A stretch of DNA of 64,000 nt from Anaeromyxobacteraceae bacterium (GCA_047602405.1 JASGHJ010000001.1:224001-288000), one strand, 5' to 3'. Counted from the first letter of the stretch, positions 10,638 to 21,727 are shown. A program made the numbers and translations. Notes: a model not told the origin generated them from the sequence alone.

Positions 10638-13476
10638 TCAGAAGTCCTTCATCGGGAACAGGTCGTCCGCGTCCTTCACGGCCGGGGGCGGCATGGGGGC
10701 GGCCCTCGCGGCGGGGAGCGGCTTCGCGGCCCGCGGGGCGCCGGACGCCTTGCGCGGCGGGGCCAGGCGACCCTGCTCGGGCGCGCGGCCTCGCGCCTCC
10801 AGGTGGAACGCGCCGACCATCGCGGCGAGCTCCTCGGCCTGGCCCGACAGCTCGCTCGCCGCCGAGGAGGACTCCTCCGCCGACGCCGCGTTCTGCTGGG
10901 TGACCTTGTCCATCTCGCCGACCGCCTTGTTCACCTGCTCGATCCCGGCCGACTGCTCGTTCGACGACGCCGCGATCTCCGCCACGATGTCGGAGACCTT
11001 CTGGATCCCGGCCCCGAATCTCGCCGAGCTTCGCGGAGACGTGCTTCGCGGTCGTCTCGCCCTCGCCGGCCTCCTTCACCGACTGCCGGATGAGCTCCTC
11101 GGTCTTGGTCGCCGCCTCCTTCGCGCGGAGCGCGAGCGAGCGGACCTCCTCGGCGACCACCGCGAACCCGCGGCCCGCCTCGCCGGCGCGCGCGGCCTCG
11201 ACCGCGGCGTTGAGCGCGAGGAGGTTCGTCTGGAAGGCGATGTCCGAGACGTCCTTGATGATCTGCGAGGTCCCCTCGGCGGAGGCCTTGATCCGGTTCA
11301 TCACGCCCTGCATCTGATCGACCGCCTGCGAGCCGTCGGCCGCGGCGGTGCGGGCGTTCTGGGCGAGGAGGTTCGCCTGCTGGGCGCTGTCGGCGGAGTG
11401 CTTCGTGCGCTCGGCGAGCGACTCGACGGACGCGCCCGTCTCCTGCAGCGAGGAGGCCTGCTCGGAGGCGCCGGAGGCGACCGCCTGGGACGAGGCGGCG
11501 ATCTGGGTGGCGGCGGAGGAGACCTGGTCGACCGCGGCGGCGACCTGCTGGAGCGCCTCGTGGAGCGCCTCGCCGGTCGCGTTGACCGCCTCCTTGATGC
11601 GGGCGTGGTCGCCCTGGTAGTCGCCCGAGACGCGCGCGCGGAGGTCCCGCTTCGAGAGCTGCTCGAGGACCTTCACCGCGTCGTTCACCGGCGCGATGAC
11701 CGCGTCGAGCGTGCGGTTCACGCCCTCGACGATCTTCCGGAAGTCTCCCTGGTGCTTGCCGGCGTCGGCGCGGGTCGAGAGGCGGCCGCCGATGGCGGCG
11801 TCGACGAGCGCGGCCGCGTCGCGGGTGAGCGCGCGGACGGCCTCGGCGCTCCGCTCGATCGCCGCGGAGATGGTGGCGTACACCTGGCGGGCCTCTGCGG
11901 TGTCGCCGTCCGCCTCGGCGACGGCGACGTCCATGGCGAGGTCGCCCTTCGAGAGCTTCTCGAGCGCGGCGACGACCCGCTGCGTCTCTCTCGCCTGGTA
12001 GGCGGAGACCTTCTCGGCCTTGCGCATCGCGCGGCGGACCGCGGTCTGGTCGGTCACGACCTCGAGCGCGCCGACCACCTGGCCCCGTGCCCTGATCGGC
12101 ACGGCGTTGTAGTCGATCTCGACGCCCGCGGCGGCGAGCGCCGCGTTGCCCTTCGGGCGCGCCACGGTCTGGCCACCGGCCGGCGAGCCCGTCTGGATCG
12201 TCTTCGCGGTGGCGCAGCGCTCCGTGCCGCAGTCGCCCGTGCAGAAGGCCTCGCGGCAGGGCCCGCCCTGGAAGTCCTGCAGCGCACGGCCGCCGACCGA
12301 GGTGGCCGCCTTGTTCATCCACAGGACCTTGAGGTCGCGGTCCACGACCATGGCCGGGGCGGGCACCGCGTCGAGGTGGGCCACGATCGAGCCCACGGAC
12401 TCGTTCACGCCCTCGACGATGCGCCGGTAGGCGCCCTCGTGCGCGGCGGCGTCGGCGCGGGTGAGCAGGCGCCCGTGCACGAGCGCGTCGGCGAGCTCCG
12501 CCGCGTCCGCCTCGAGGCGCTGCAGGGTCGCGACGCTGCGGTTGAGGCTCTGCTTCACGCCGTCGAAGTCGCCCTGCCACTCCTCGGTGATCGGCTCGGG
12601 GAGGTCGCCCTTCGCGATCCGGTCGAGGGACTCCGCCGCCACGTGCACCGGGCGGTGGTACGCGCCGAGGATCTCGTCCATCCCGGCGAGCACCGGCCTC
12701 AGCTCCGGGGCGAGCCCCTGGGCGTTCGACCGCTCCGAGAGGCGGCCCGCGACGACGGCGTCGCGCAGGCGGCCGGCCTCCCTGACGAGCGCGGCGAGCA
12801 TCGCGCCGATGCTGCGCGCGAAGAAGACGCCGAGCGCGACGAGGGAGAACGCGCCGAACACGACCGCGGCGAGGATGAGGGTCATGCTCCTGTTCGCGGC
12901 CGCGGCGCCGCTCGCGTCGGCGGCGTCGGCCTCCGCCAGGACGGCCTTCTTCGCGTTCTCGAGCGCGTCCGCGGCCTCCGAGAAGGTGGTCCGGGAGGAC
13001 GCGTAGATCGACCACGCCCGCTCCTCCGCGGCGACGATCTCCGGATCCTCCTTGCCCTCCCCGAGCGCAAGGCGGGCCTCGATCGCGCCGCCCGCGGCGA
13101 CCGCGGCCTTGGCCCACGGGCCGTACAGGCGGCGCCAGGTCTCCCAGGCCTCCTTGACCTCGGCGGTGTGCGGCCTCGACTCGAGGATCTTCGCGCCCTC
13201 CTCGGCCTGGGCGAGCTTCGCCGTCATGGCCTTGATGGCGTCGCGGCGGACCGACGGATACTCCCGGCGGAAGAGCGCGCTCTCGAGGTTCGCGACCGCG
13301 GCCGCCTGGCCCTCGGCGCAGGCGGCGAGCGCGTTGAGCGTCGGGACCGTGTTGTCGTGGAGCTCGTCGAGGCGCGCCTCGATGCGGCCGGCGCTCCAGT
13401 ACGCGAACCCGCCGACGGCGGCGAGGAGGAGGGTCGAGGCGAGGAACGCGGCCAGGATCTTCTGTGCGGTGGTCAT
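10638..13476 (-). CDS. Methyl-accepting chemotaxis protein (TM-4HB-TM, poly-HAMP, PAS-like); one-base frameshift near 11018
   Basis: [38 protein letters not shown]-terminal part continues in ORF 10638..10985. Confidence 0.92.
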
Positions 13477-13724
13477 CGAGGAGCCCTTGGGATGGACGCA
13501 GCCGCCCATCCAGGAGCAGGGGGCGTGCCTGCGGACCCCGCGACATCCCGCCGCGCCCACGCCCAGAATCTGCCGTGACTACGGCTCGTTCGTCCCTGGA
13601 GCTGGTCCCCTCGCACCCCGGGGCCTCGCACCCTGGGTTCGTCCGACCCCGACCCTGGCGACCACCGCGGGTGGCCGATCGGGAGCCTCGGCGCTAGGAA
13701 GCCCACTCCCTCGCCGGAGCCACC

Positions 13725-14489
13725 GTGACCCCCACCCTCACGCGGATCGCCGCGCCGGAGCACCGCCTCGCGACCTTCAGGCACTTCCACGTGCTCGTGG
13801 TCGTCTACGTGACGGTGCTCCTGATCTCGAACCTGGTCGGGCAGAAGCTCACCGCGCTCGGCGGGCTGCGGGTCAGCGGCGCCCAGCTCCTCTTCCCGAT
13901 CACCTACGTCTTCTCGGACATCTTCACCGAGGTGTACGGCTACGCCGCCTCGCGGCGCGCGATCTGGCTCGCCTCGCTCGCGAACGTGCTCATGGCGGCG
14001 ATGGGGCTCTTCATGGTCTGGATCCCCGCCGCGCCGGAGTGGCCCGCCGAGAACCAGGCCGCGTTCGCGATCGTCTTCGGCAACGTGCCCCGGATGATCG
14101 TCGCGAGCCTGGTGGCGTTCTGGGCGGGCGAGTTCTCGAACTCCTACGTGCTCGCGAAGATGAAGGTGTGGACCGGCGGCCGGTGGCTCTGGACCCGCAC
14201 CGTCGGCTCCACGCTCGTCGGCCAGGCCTTCGACTCGCTCATCGTGACGACCGTCTTCTTCTGGGGCACGGTCCCCTTCACGACGATCATGATCGCCGCG
14301 GCGTCGGGCTACCTCGTGAAGGTCACCTACGAGGCGCTCGCGACGCCGCTCACCTACGCGATCGTGAACGGCCTGAAGCGCGCCGAGGGGCTCGACGTCT
14401 ACGATGAGGGCACCGACTTCAACCCGTTCGCCCGCGAGGGCGACGCGGCGCCTCCGGGCCCTACTTCTCCGGGAGCCCCAGCGCCGTGA
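13725..14489 (+). CDS. Queuosine precursor transporter, VUT/YhhQ family
   Basis: LFPITYVFSDIFTEVYGY, RMIVASLVAF, LWTRTVGSTLVGQAFDS. Confidence 0.9.
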   Translation: MTPTLTRIAAPEHRLATFRHFHVLVVVYVTVLLISNLVGQKLTALGGLRVSGAQLLFPITYVFSDIFTEVYGYAASRRAIWLASLANVLMAAMGLFMVWIPAAPEWPAENQAAFAIVFGNVPRMIVASLVAFWAGEFSNSYVLAKMKVWTGGRWLWTRTVGSTLVGQAFDSLIVTTVFFWGTVPFTTIMIAAASGYLVKVTYEALATPLTYAIVNGLKRAEGLDVYDEGTDFNPFAREGDAAPPGPTSPGAPAP

Positions 14490-15243
14490 GGAGCGCCCGC
14501 GCCTTCGCCTGGACGAGCCGCCCGTTCCGGGGTCCCATGCGCAGCAGGTGCTTCTCGACCGCGGGCAAGGCCTCGAGCTTCGGATCCGCGTAGGTGTAGA
14601 CGCCCGACTGGTCGACGAGCGCCACCTCGCCGTCCTTCACCGGCGCGTTCGCGATGCGACGGAGCGCCTTCCCGAGCGCGCGGTCGAAGGCGATGCCGGG
14701 GTAGCCGAGCATCCGGTAGGCGGTCTGGAGCGCCGGCCGCGCGACCCGCCAGGCGGCGGCCACGGCCTGCTCGTCGACCGAGGCCACCGCGTCGCCGAAG
14801 GCGTCGTAGCGCGCGCAGGACGCGGGCGAGATGACGAGCCCCGCGCCGGTCCGCGTCGCCTCGAACTTGCCCTCCGGGGCGAGGAACGCGAGCTCGCGCC
14901 GCGGCGTCACGCCCTCCGCGAGGTTGTCGACGACGACGACGACGCGGCGCACGACGTCGTTGCCGGAGAGCCCCTTCTGCACGAGCGGGTTCGCCGAGAC
15001 CTTCGGCAAGAGATCGGGCAGCTTCGCCTCGCCGGCCGCCGCCTGCTCCGGCGTGGGCTCGGGCTCGACCGGCGCGGGCGCCGCCTGCTGCGCGACCGGC
15101 GCGGGCTCCGCCGGCGGCGTGCGCAGCCGGAACCAGGCGTATACGCCGCCCGCGATCACGGCGAGGGCGAGCAGGATCCACGGGAGCGGGCTCGGCCGGC
15201 GCAGCGAGGTCTGCGGGATGGGCTCTTCGGTGCGGTCGTCCAT
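14461..15243 (-). CDS. DUF3014-like membrane-anchored protein
   Basis: N-terminal TM; RRVVVVVDNL, YTYADPKLEALPAVEKHLLRMGP. Confidence 0.8.
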   Translation of the reverse strand: MDDRTEEPIPQTSLRRPSPLPWILLALAVIAGGVYAWFRLRTPPAEPAPVAQQAAPAPVEPEPTPEQAAAGEAKLPDLLPKVSANPLVQKGLSGNDVVRRVVVVVDNLAEGVTPRRELAFLAPEGKFEATRTGAGLVISPASCARYDAFGDAVASVDEQAVAAAWRVARPALQTAYRMLGYPGIAFDRALGKALRRIANAPVKDGEVALVDQSGVYTYADPKLEALPAVEKHLLRMGPRNGRLVQAKARALLTALGLPEK

Positions 15244-15255
15244 GGTCCCTCGATC

Positions 15256-16215
15256 CTAACCCGCCGCCCGCGCCTCCGCGCGCGGGAGCCCCGAGACGGC
15301 CTCCCACACGGCGCGTCGCAGCGCCTCCTGGTGGAACAGCACGGCGGTGACGTGGCCGGCGTCGAGCCAGCGGAGCTCGGCGCCGAGGTGGCGCGCGACG
15401 GCCTCGAGGTTCGGCGGCGTGACGATGCCGTCGTTCTTGCCGCCCACGACGATCGCGGTCGAGCCCGGCGACGGGCGCGGGAACCTCGACACGTCGAAGC
15501 GCGCGAGCCGCCGGTGAAGCATCGCGCGCGCCGCGGGCCCGCCGCCGAGCGCGTCGAGGTCGACCGCGTGGCGGAGGTGCCCCTCGGCGAAGACCGACGC
15601 CGGCGTCGCCGCCGGCGCGAGCGCCGCGATCGCCACCGGGAACGGCAGCGTGCAGCCCACCATCGCCGCGACCTGCCCCCCCATGCTGTAGCCCGCGACG
15701 CCGACGCGCGCGTGGCCCCGCCCCCGGAGCCAGGCCGCGAGCGCGCGCCCCTCCCGCGTGGCGGCCGAGGCCATGAGGACGAGATCGGAGACCGTGCGCA
15801 CGGCGGCGCCCGCCTGCCCCGGCGGCCGGCGCGTGCCGTAGAAGGGGTTCTCGAGGAGCAGCACCGCGAGCCCGCGCCGCACGAGCGGCGCCGCGAAGGC
15901 CTCGCGCGCGGCGAAGCCCTGGTCCCCGGAGGACGCCAGCAGCAGCACGGCCGCCTCGGGCGCGCCCGTGACCGGCTCGAGGAGGCGGACCCGCGCGCGC
16001 CGGCCGGACGGCAGCCGCCGGTCGGGCGAGGCGAACGACCCGCTCCGCATCAGGACGCCCTCGCGCCGCTCCGGCGGGCCGAGCTCGACGTCGATGGCGT
16101 CCGGCGGCGCGTCCGCGACCCGCTCGCCCTCGACGAGCGCGAGATCGCCCCAGCCGGCCGCGAAGAACTTCGCGTGGCGCAGGGCGACGGAGAAGGCGAG
16201 GTCGAGCAGGTCCAC
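15256..16215 (-). CDS. Alpha/beta hydrolase (ABHD18/DUF2048-like)
   Basis: KFFAAGWGD, LENPFYGTRRP, GYSMGG nucleophile elbow, D and GH triad residues. Confidence 0.82.
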   Translation of the reverse strand: MDLLDLAFSVALRHAKFFAAGWGDLALVEGERVADAPPDAIDVELGPPERREGVLMRSGSFASPDRRLPSGRRARVRLLEPVTGAPEAAVLLLASSGDQGFAAREAFAAPLVRRGLAVLLLENPFYGTRRPPGQAGAAVRTVSDLVLMASAATREGRALAAWLRGRGHARVGVAGYSMGGQVAAMVGCTLPFPVAIAALAPAATPASVFAEGHLRHAVDLDALGGGPAARAMLHRRLARFDVSRFPRPSPGSTAIVVGGKNDGIVTPPNLEAVARHLGAELRWLDAGHVTAVLFHQEALRRAVWEAVSGLPRAEARAAG

Positions 16216-16383
16216 GGGCGCGCGCAACCTAGCAGGAACGGCCGGTTGCGTCGGGGTAGTGTGGGTGCGGCGCGGGTGCCGGACACACGAGGGCAGGGAC
16301 GCCCCTTCCGGGACGCGGCTGACGCTGTCACCGGGCGCGGCGGCGGTTCGTTGACCGGGCGAACCCTGGAAAGGAGCACACCG

Positions 16384-18735
16384 ATGACCACCGCCCTCGC
16401 CCACGCCACTGCCCCTTCGTCTCCCTCCGGCAACGAAGGCCGCCTCGTCGCCGTGGACGGCCGCGAGCTGCCGCTCGCCGGCGCCCGCCTGGAGGCCCGC
16501 GCGCGCGGCGGCCTCTGCCGCGCGGTCCTCGTCCAGACCTTCCGGAACCCGCACGCGGAGCCCCTGCGCGTCACCTACCTCCTCCCGCTCCCGCACGACG
16601 GCGCGGTGAGCGGCTTCGCGTTCACGGTGGGTGGCCGCCGCGTCACGGGCGAGGTCGACAAGGCGCGGAAGGCCCGCGAGCGCTTCGAGCGCGCCCTCGT
16701 CGAGGGCCGGACCGCCGCGCTCGTCGAGCAGGACCGCACGAGCCTCTTCACGCAGGAGCTCGGCAACGTCCCGCCCGGCGGCGAGGTCGTCGCGGAGCTC
16801 ACGGTGGACCAGCGGCTCGCGTGGCGCGCGGGGGCCTGGGAGTGGCGCTTCCCCACCACCATCGCGCCTCGCTACCAGGGCGCGCCCGGCCGCGTCCCCG
16901 ACGCCGGGAAGCTGGAGGTGCCCGTCGCCGACGGCCCGCTCGCCGTGCGGCTCACGCTCGCGCTCACCGTCGAGGACCGGCTCGCCGAGGGGGGCCGGCT
17001 CGAGTCGCCGTCGCACGCGCTCCTCGCGACCTCTGGCCCGGGCGGCCTCTCGGCCGCGCTCGAGGACGGCCGCGGCGTCCCGCTCGACCGCGACGTGGTC
17101 GTCCGCTGGCCGGTCGCGGCCCCGGAGCCGGGGCTGTCGCTCGCGGTGACGGGGCGACCGGGCAAGGGGGAGAAGGCGCGCGCCTTCGGCCTCCTCACGC
17201 TCGTGCCGCCGGCGCTGACGCCGCGCACCGCCCCGCGCGACCTCGTGCTGCTCTTCGACGTGTCCGGCTCCATGCACGGCGAGCCCATCGACCAGTCGCG
17301 GGCCGTCGCGCTCGCGCTCGTCGACGCGCTCGGCCCCGACGACCGCCTCGAGATGGTCGCCTTCTCGGACGCGCCCGTCCGCTGGCGCGCCCGCCCGGTC
17401 GCGGCCGACGCCGCCGGGAAGCGGGCCGCCGTGAAGTGGCTGAACGCGCTCGCCGCCGGCGGCGCGACCGAGATGCGCGAGGGGATCCGCGAGGCGCTCC
17501 GCCCGCTGCGCGAGGGCGCCGGCCGGCAGGTCGTCGTCTTCACCGACGGGCAGATCGGCTTCGAGCAGGAGATCGTCGCCGAGATCCTGGCGTCGCTCCC
17601 CGCGGGCTCGCGCCTCCACACGGTCGGCGTGGGCGACTCGGTGAACCGCTCGCTCACCGGGCCCGCCGCCCGGGCCGGCCGCGGCCGCGAGGTCGTCATC
17701 GGGCTCGGCGAGGCCCCGGCCCGCGCGGCCGCGCTCCTCGTCGCGCACACCGCGCTGCCGGTCGTGACGGAGCTCGAGGTGACGGGCTCCGCCGTGAAGG
17801 CGGTCGCCCCGGCGCGGCCGGGCGACCTCCACCAGGGCGCCCCGTCGCTCGTGGCGCTCGAGCTCCACCCGGCTGGCGGCGAGCTCGTCGTCCGCGGCCG
17901 CACCGCGGAGGGCGCGTTCGAGCACCGGCGCTCCGTGCCGGCCGCGGCGCCCGGCGAGGGCCCGGCCGCCGTGCCGGCGCTCTTCGCCCGCGAGGCGGTC
18001 GAGGACCTCGAGGCGCGCATCGCGTCGGGCGATCCGGACCACCGCCGGCTGGAGGCCGCCATCGAGAAGCTCGGGCTCGAGCTCCAGATCGCGACGCGGC
18101 TCACGAGCTGGGTGGCGATCTCCGAGGAGGCCACCGTCGACCCATCGTCGCCCACCCGCCGCGAGGTGATGCCGCACGCGCTGCCGCACGGGATGTCCGC
18201 GGAGGGGCTGGGGCTCCGGCACGCGCTGCCGGTGATGGCCGCGCCGGCGAGGTCGGTGGTGCTCTTCCAGCGCGCGCTGGTCGAGTCGGTCCAGCTTGAG
18301 GATGTCGAGGCCGCGCCGATGGACGCGGAGCCGTCCCTGAAGGAGGAGAAGGCGAAGCGGACGCGCGCCGCGAAGCCCTCGGCCCCGAAGGCGATGCCGC
18401 CCGCCTTCTCGATGGGCCCGCGGCCGGCGGCGCCGGCCGGCCGGGCCGCAGCACACCGGGCCCGGATCGTGCTGCGCGAGGGGAACCGGCTCGTGCTCGA
18501 GCTCACGCTCGGCAGCGAGGTGACCTGGGCGCCGCCCGAGAACGCGATGCTGAGCGACGGCGCGCGGCTGCCCGTCCTCGTGGAGGGCACGACGGGCGCG
18601 GGGACGTACGGCCCCGGCCTCGTGCTGCGCGTCACGCTGGAGACCACGGGTACCGTGCCCCCCGGGGAGCGCGACCTCGCGTACATCATCCTGTCCTTCC
18701 CCGGCGGCGGTACGCTCACCGCCACCCTCGGATGA
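16384..18735 (+). CDS. VIT + vWA domain protein
   Basis: RBS aaggag; QTFRNP..YLLPLP VIT motif; DVSGSM MIDAS, GGATEM, VFTDG. Confidence 0.88.
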   Translation: MTTALAHATAPSSPSGNEGRLVAVDGRELPLAGARLEARARGGLCRAVLVQTFRNPHAEPLRVTYLLPLPHDGAVSGFAFTVGGRRVTGEVDKARKARERFERALVEGRTAALVEQDRTSLFTQELGNVPPGGEVVAELTVDQRLAWRAGAWEWRFPTTIAPRYQGAPGRVPDAGKLEVPVADGPLAVRLTLALTVEDRLAEGGRLESPSHALLATSGPGGLSAALEDGRGVPLDRDVVVRWPVAAPEPGLSLAVTGRPGKGEKARAFGLLTLVPPALTPRTAPRDLVLLFDVSGSMHGEPIDQSRAVALALVDALGPDDRLEMVAFSDAPVRWRARPVAADAAGKRAAVKWLNALAAGGATEMREGIREALRPLREGAGRQVVVFTDGQIGFEQEIVAEILASLPAGSRLHTVGVGDSVNRSLTGPAARAGRGREVVIGLGEAPARAAALLVAHTALPVVTELEVTGSAVKAVAPARPGDLHQGAPSLVALELHPAGGELVVRGRTAEGAFEHRRSVPAAAPGEGPAAVPALFAREAVEDLEARIASGDPDHRRLEAAIEKLGLELQIATRLTSWVAISEEATVDPSSPTRREVMPHALPHGMSAEGLGLRHALPVMAAPARSVVLFQRALVESVQLEDVEAAPMDAEPSLKEEKAKRTRAAKPSAPKAMPPAFSMGPRPAAPAGRAAAHRARIVLREGNRLVLELTLGSEVTWAPPENAMLSDGARLPVLVEGTTGAGTYGPGLVLRVTLETTGTVPPGERDLAYIILSFPGGGTLTATLG

Positions 18736-19322
18736 GCGCCGCGCCGCACACGCTCGAGCTCCAGGCGATCGCCGCCGGCGACCGCGCCGCCTTCGCCCGC
18801 TTCCTCGCGCGGGCGGAGGCGGCCGTCCGCCGGCGGCTCTCGCCGTTCGCGCCGCACGTCGACACCGAGGCCGTCCTCCAGGAGGCGTTCCTCCGGGCCT
18901 GGCAGGTCGCGCCCTCGGTGAAGGGCGACGGCGGCGGCGATCCGCTGCTGCGCCTCACCCTCACCCTCGCGAGGAACCTCGCGCTCGACGAGACCCGCCG
19001 CTCCCGCCGCGTGAGCCCGGGCGAGCTCGAGGCGCTCGAGCGCGCGGCGGCGGAGGCCGACGGTGCGCCCGCCGGCGACGGCGCGCCGGATCCCCTGCTC
19101 CGGCGCCTCATCCAGGCCTGCCTGGCGCTCCTCCCCGCGCAGCCGAGGCGCGCGCTCGAGGCGCGCCTCGCCGCCGAGGGCGGGCGCCCGGACGCCTCGC
19201 TCGCCGAGGACCTCGGCATGAAGAAGAACACCTTCCTCCAGAACTTCGGCCGGGCGCGCAAGCTCCTCGCCGCCTGCCTGCGCGCGAAGGGCCACCCCGT
19301 CGACGCCCCGGAGGCGACGTGA
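18732..19322 (+). CDS. ECF-type sigma factor
   Basis: AGDRAAF, VLQEAFLRAW, ARNLALD, region 4-like RARKLL. Confidence 0.8.
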   Translation: MSAAPHTLELQAIAAGDRAAFARFLARAEAAVRRRLSPFAPHVDTEAVLQEAFLRAWQVAPSVKGDGGGDPLLRLTLTLARNLALDETRRSRRVSPGELEALERAAAEADGAPAGDGAPDPLLRRLIQACLALLPAQPRRALEARLAAEGGRPDASLAEDLGMKKNTFLQNFGRARKLLAACLRAKGHPVDAPEAT

Positions 19323-19543
19323 CCTCCCGTGAACACGACGCGCTCGTCGAGGAGGCCGCGACGGCCTTCCGCCCCCGCGACCCCGGCGGCCGCCTCCGCC
19401 CGCACCCGGCCTTCCTCGACCTCGACGCGGCCGGCCGTGCGGAGGCCCACGCCCGCGCGGCCACCTCCCGCGCGCTCGAGGCCGCGCTCGACCCCGAAGG
19501 GCTCTCCACGACCGCCCGGGCGATCCTCGCGCGGCTCGGCTAA
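19319..19543 (+). CDS. Small hypothetical protein (possible sigma partner)
   Basis: GTGA overlap with the ECF gene; host-like codon use. Confidence 0.6.
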   Translation: MTSREHDALVEEAATAFRPRDPGGRLRPHPAFLDLDAAGRAEAHARAATSRALEAALDPEGLSTTARAILARLG

Positions 19544-19553
19544 GCTCCCCCGG

Positions 19554-20186
19554 ATGCGCGCGCTCCCGCCCCTCGCCGCCCTCGCGCTCGCTGCCGCCGT
19601 CGTCGCGTGCGGGAGCGACACGCAGCCGGAGGGGCCCGGCTTCGGGCCGAAGCCCGACACCACCCCGCCCGCGCTCGTCACCGCGGCGCCGTCCGCGGGC
19701 CAGGCGGTGAAGCAGGCGTTCCAGGCCACGGCGACGTTCAGCGAGCCCGTCACCGTGAAGGCGGCCACGTTCCGCTCCGACCTCGAGCCCACGCCGCGGG
19801 CGGTGGCCGCGGCCGCCGCCGGCGCGACCGTGACGGTGGAGGTGCCGCTCGTGGACGCCTTCGGTTCGCGGGTGCACCTCGACGTCGAGGACGCCGCCGG
19901 GAACCCGGCGTCGGCCGACCTCGGCGACTGGTACGCGCAGCCGCTCTACGTGGAGTGGGGCCTGCCCGAGCTCGGCGGGCCGTTCTCCGGCACCATCCTC
20001 CTCCAGATCGCCTGGGCAGGGCCGCCGTCGCTCGACGTGAAGATCGACGACGTGCCGGTCGGCACGCTCGGGAAGGACCTCCCCATCGACACCACGAAGT
20101 TCACCGACGGGCCGCACACCTTCTGGTTCTACGCACCCGGCTACCAGCGGACCCCGCAGCCGTTCACCATCGACAACGCGCCGTAG
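19554..20186 (+). CDS. Lipoprotein with Ig-like beta-rich domains
   Basis: Lipobox VVAC; DTTPP and TFSEPV Ig-like motifs. Confidence 0.72.
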   Translation: MRALPPLAALALAAAVVACGSDTQPEGPGFGPKPDTTPPALVTAAPSAGQAVKQAFQATATFSEPVTVKAATFRSDLEPTPRAVAAAAAGATVTVEVPLVDAFGSRVHLDVEDAAGNPASADLGDWYAQPLYVEWGLPELGGPFSGTILLQIAWAGPPSLDVKIDDVPVGTLGKDLPIDTTKFTDGPHTFWFYAPGYQRTPQPFTIDNAP

Positions 20187-20204
20187 CCGCCCCCGGAGCA
20201 CGCC

Positions 20205-20561
20205 ATGCCCATCGCCCTCGCCGCGACGATCCTCGTCCTCGCCGCCGGCGCGCCGAAGCCCGCGGCGAAGGCGGCCGCGAAGCCCGCCCCGGAGGCCCGC
20301 AGGGTGATGTGCGTCGACGGGACGACCGCGCGCGAGGGCAAGGCCGCCTGCAAGGAGCACGGCGGCGTCGAGCGGACCGGACTCGCGCCGCGGAAGGCGA
20401 AGCCGGCGCCCGCGGCCGCCGTGCCCGGGCGGACGCAGGCGTTGAAGCCCGCGCCGGCCCTGCCGCTCACCACCCCGGGCCCGGGCGCCCCGGCCGCGCA
20501 GCCGACGCCGCCGTCCAAGGCCGCCGCGACGGGCGCGGCGGCGGCGAAGCGAAGGCGATGA
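20205..20561 (+). CDS. Secreted Pro/Ala/Lys-rich hypothetical protein
   Basis: Signal peptide; CVDGT..ACKEHGGV Cys pair. Confidence 0.6.
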   Translation: MPIALAATILVLAAGAPKPAAKAAAKPAPEARRVMCVDGTTAREGKAACKEHGGVERTGLAPRKAKPAPAAAVPGRTQALKPAPALPLTTPGPGAPAAQPTPPSKAAATGAAAAKRRR

Positions 20562-20610
20562 GCTTCGCTCGGCGGGGCAGCGGGCGCCGACGTAGCGCGA
20601 GCCACGCCCC

Positions 20611-20694
20611 CGCGAAGCGCAGCGGAGCGGATCCGGGGGTGGGGCCCCGATCCAGCTTCGCTGGTCGGGGCGGGGGGCTACGCCCCCCGTGAAA
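20611..20694 (+). repeat. Structured dispersed repeat, copy B
   Basis: Near-identical to reverse complement of 61436..61517. Confidence 0.85.
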
Positions 20695-20716
20695 TGCAGC
20701 CGAGCCCCCCGGAAAC

Positions 20717-21727
20717 TCAGTGCCCGATCTTCTCGAGCGCCTGCGACATCGGGAAGGTCGTCGAGTCCCGCGTGCCGAGGAACACGCGCCGGAGGCCGAG
20801 CGTCGGGAAGTCCACCACGTCGACCGTGCCCTTCGCCCAGGCGTCGCCGCCCGAGACGTAGGTGAGCTCCTCGTCGAGCGCGCGGGTGTCGTGCGCGACG
20901 CCCGCTGGGAAGCCGAGGAAGTCGCCCGGGCCGATCTCGACCTCGATGCCCGCGTGGCGCGCGAGCCCGCGGCCGGAGAGCACGTACATCCACTCCTCGT
21001 CGCGCGCGTGCGCGTGCATGACGTACGCGTCGCGCCTCGCCGGCAGGCGCGTGTGGACCACCGCGAGCCGCTTCAGGCCGGCGGGGCGCGAGAGCGCCGA
21101 GAGGAACACCTCCGAGCGCGGGTTCTGCGGGTGCTGGAACCGGCGCGCCTCGCCGCGCTCGGCCGCCTTCACGACGACCCGCGGGGGCGGCCCGGGCTGC
21201 TCCGCCTCGCCGCCGAACAGCGCGTCCGGCAGCTCGAGTGGCGTCGGTGCCCCGGGGAAGAACGGGACCTCCGCCTCGAACGGGAAGATGGAGATCTTCC
21301 GTCCGGTGCGGACCATGCGGCGCTTCAGGCGCGGGAAGTCGGCGACCTCCACGTCCTTGATCATCTCGCCGCCCTGCAGGAACCGCAGGTCGGCCGCGCC
21401 GGTGTTCCGGACGAGGTGCGCGACGCCGGGCGGGAAGCCGAGGAAGTCGCCCGGGCCCACCGCGACCTCGCGGTCGTCGGCGTCCACCGTGCCCTCGCCC
21501 TCGAGGACGTACAGCCACTCCTCCTCGCGGTGATGCAGGTGGTACGCGTACGACTCCTTGCCGGGCGGGATCCACGCGAGGCTCACGCCGAGCCGGGTGA
21601 GCCCGGCCGCCGTCCCGAGCATCCAGCCGTGGAGCTCGGAGCGCGGGTTCCAGGGGTGCTGCGCGCCGCCGGCCTCGCCGCGCTCGGTCGCGCGCACGAG
21701 GATGCGGGGGCCCGTGCCGTCGGCCAT
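20717..21727 (-). CDS. Tandem (bi-)cupin domain protein
   Basis: Two repeats of HxHxxxEEWxYVLxGxG..GPGDFLGFPxGVAH. Confidence 0.85.
   Translation of the reverse strand: MADGTGPRILVRATERGEAGGAQHPWNPRSELHGWMLGTAAGLTRLGVSLAWIPPGKESYAYHLHHREEEWLYVLEGEGTVDADDREVAVGPGDFLGFPPGVAHLVRNTGAADLRFLQGGEMIKDVEVADFPRLKRRMVRTGRKISIFPFEAEVPFFPGAPTPLELPDALFGGEAEQPGPPPRVVVKAAERGEARRFQHPQNPRSEVFLSALSRPAGLKRLAVVHTRLPARRDAYVMHAHARDEEWMYVLSGRGLARHAGIEVEIGPGDFLGFPAGVAHDTRALDEELTYVSGGDAWAKGTVDVVDFPTLGLRRVFLGTRDSTTFPMSQALEKIGH

Noticed and set aside
13480..13724. preQ1 riboswitch upstream of the VUT transporter
   Set aside because: No recognisable preQ1-I stem-loop with A-rich 3' tail; only a short CCTCGCACCC direct repeat
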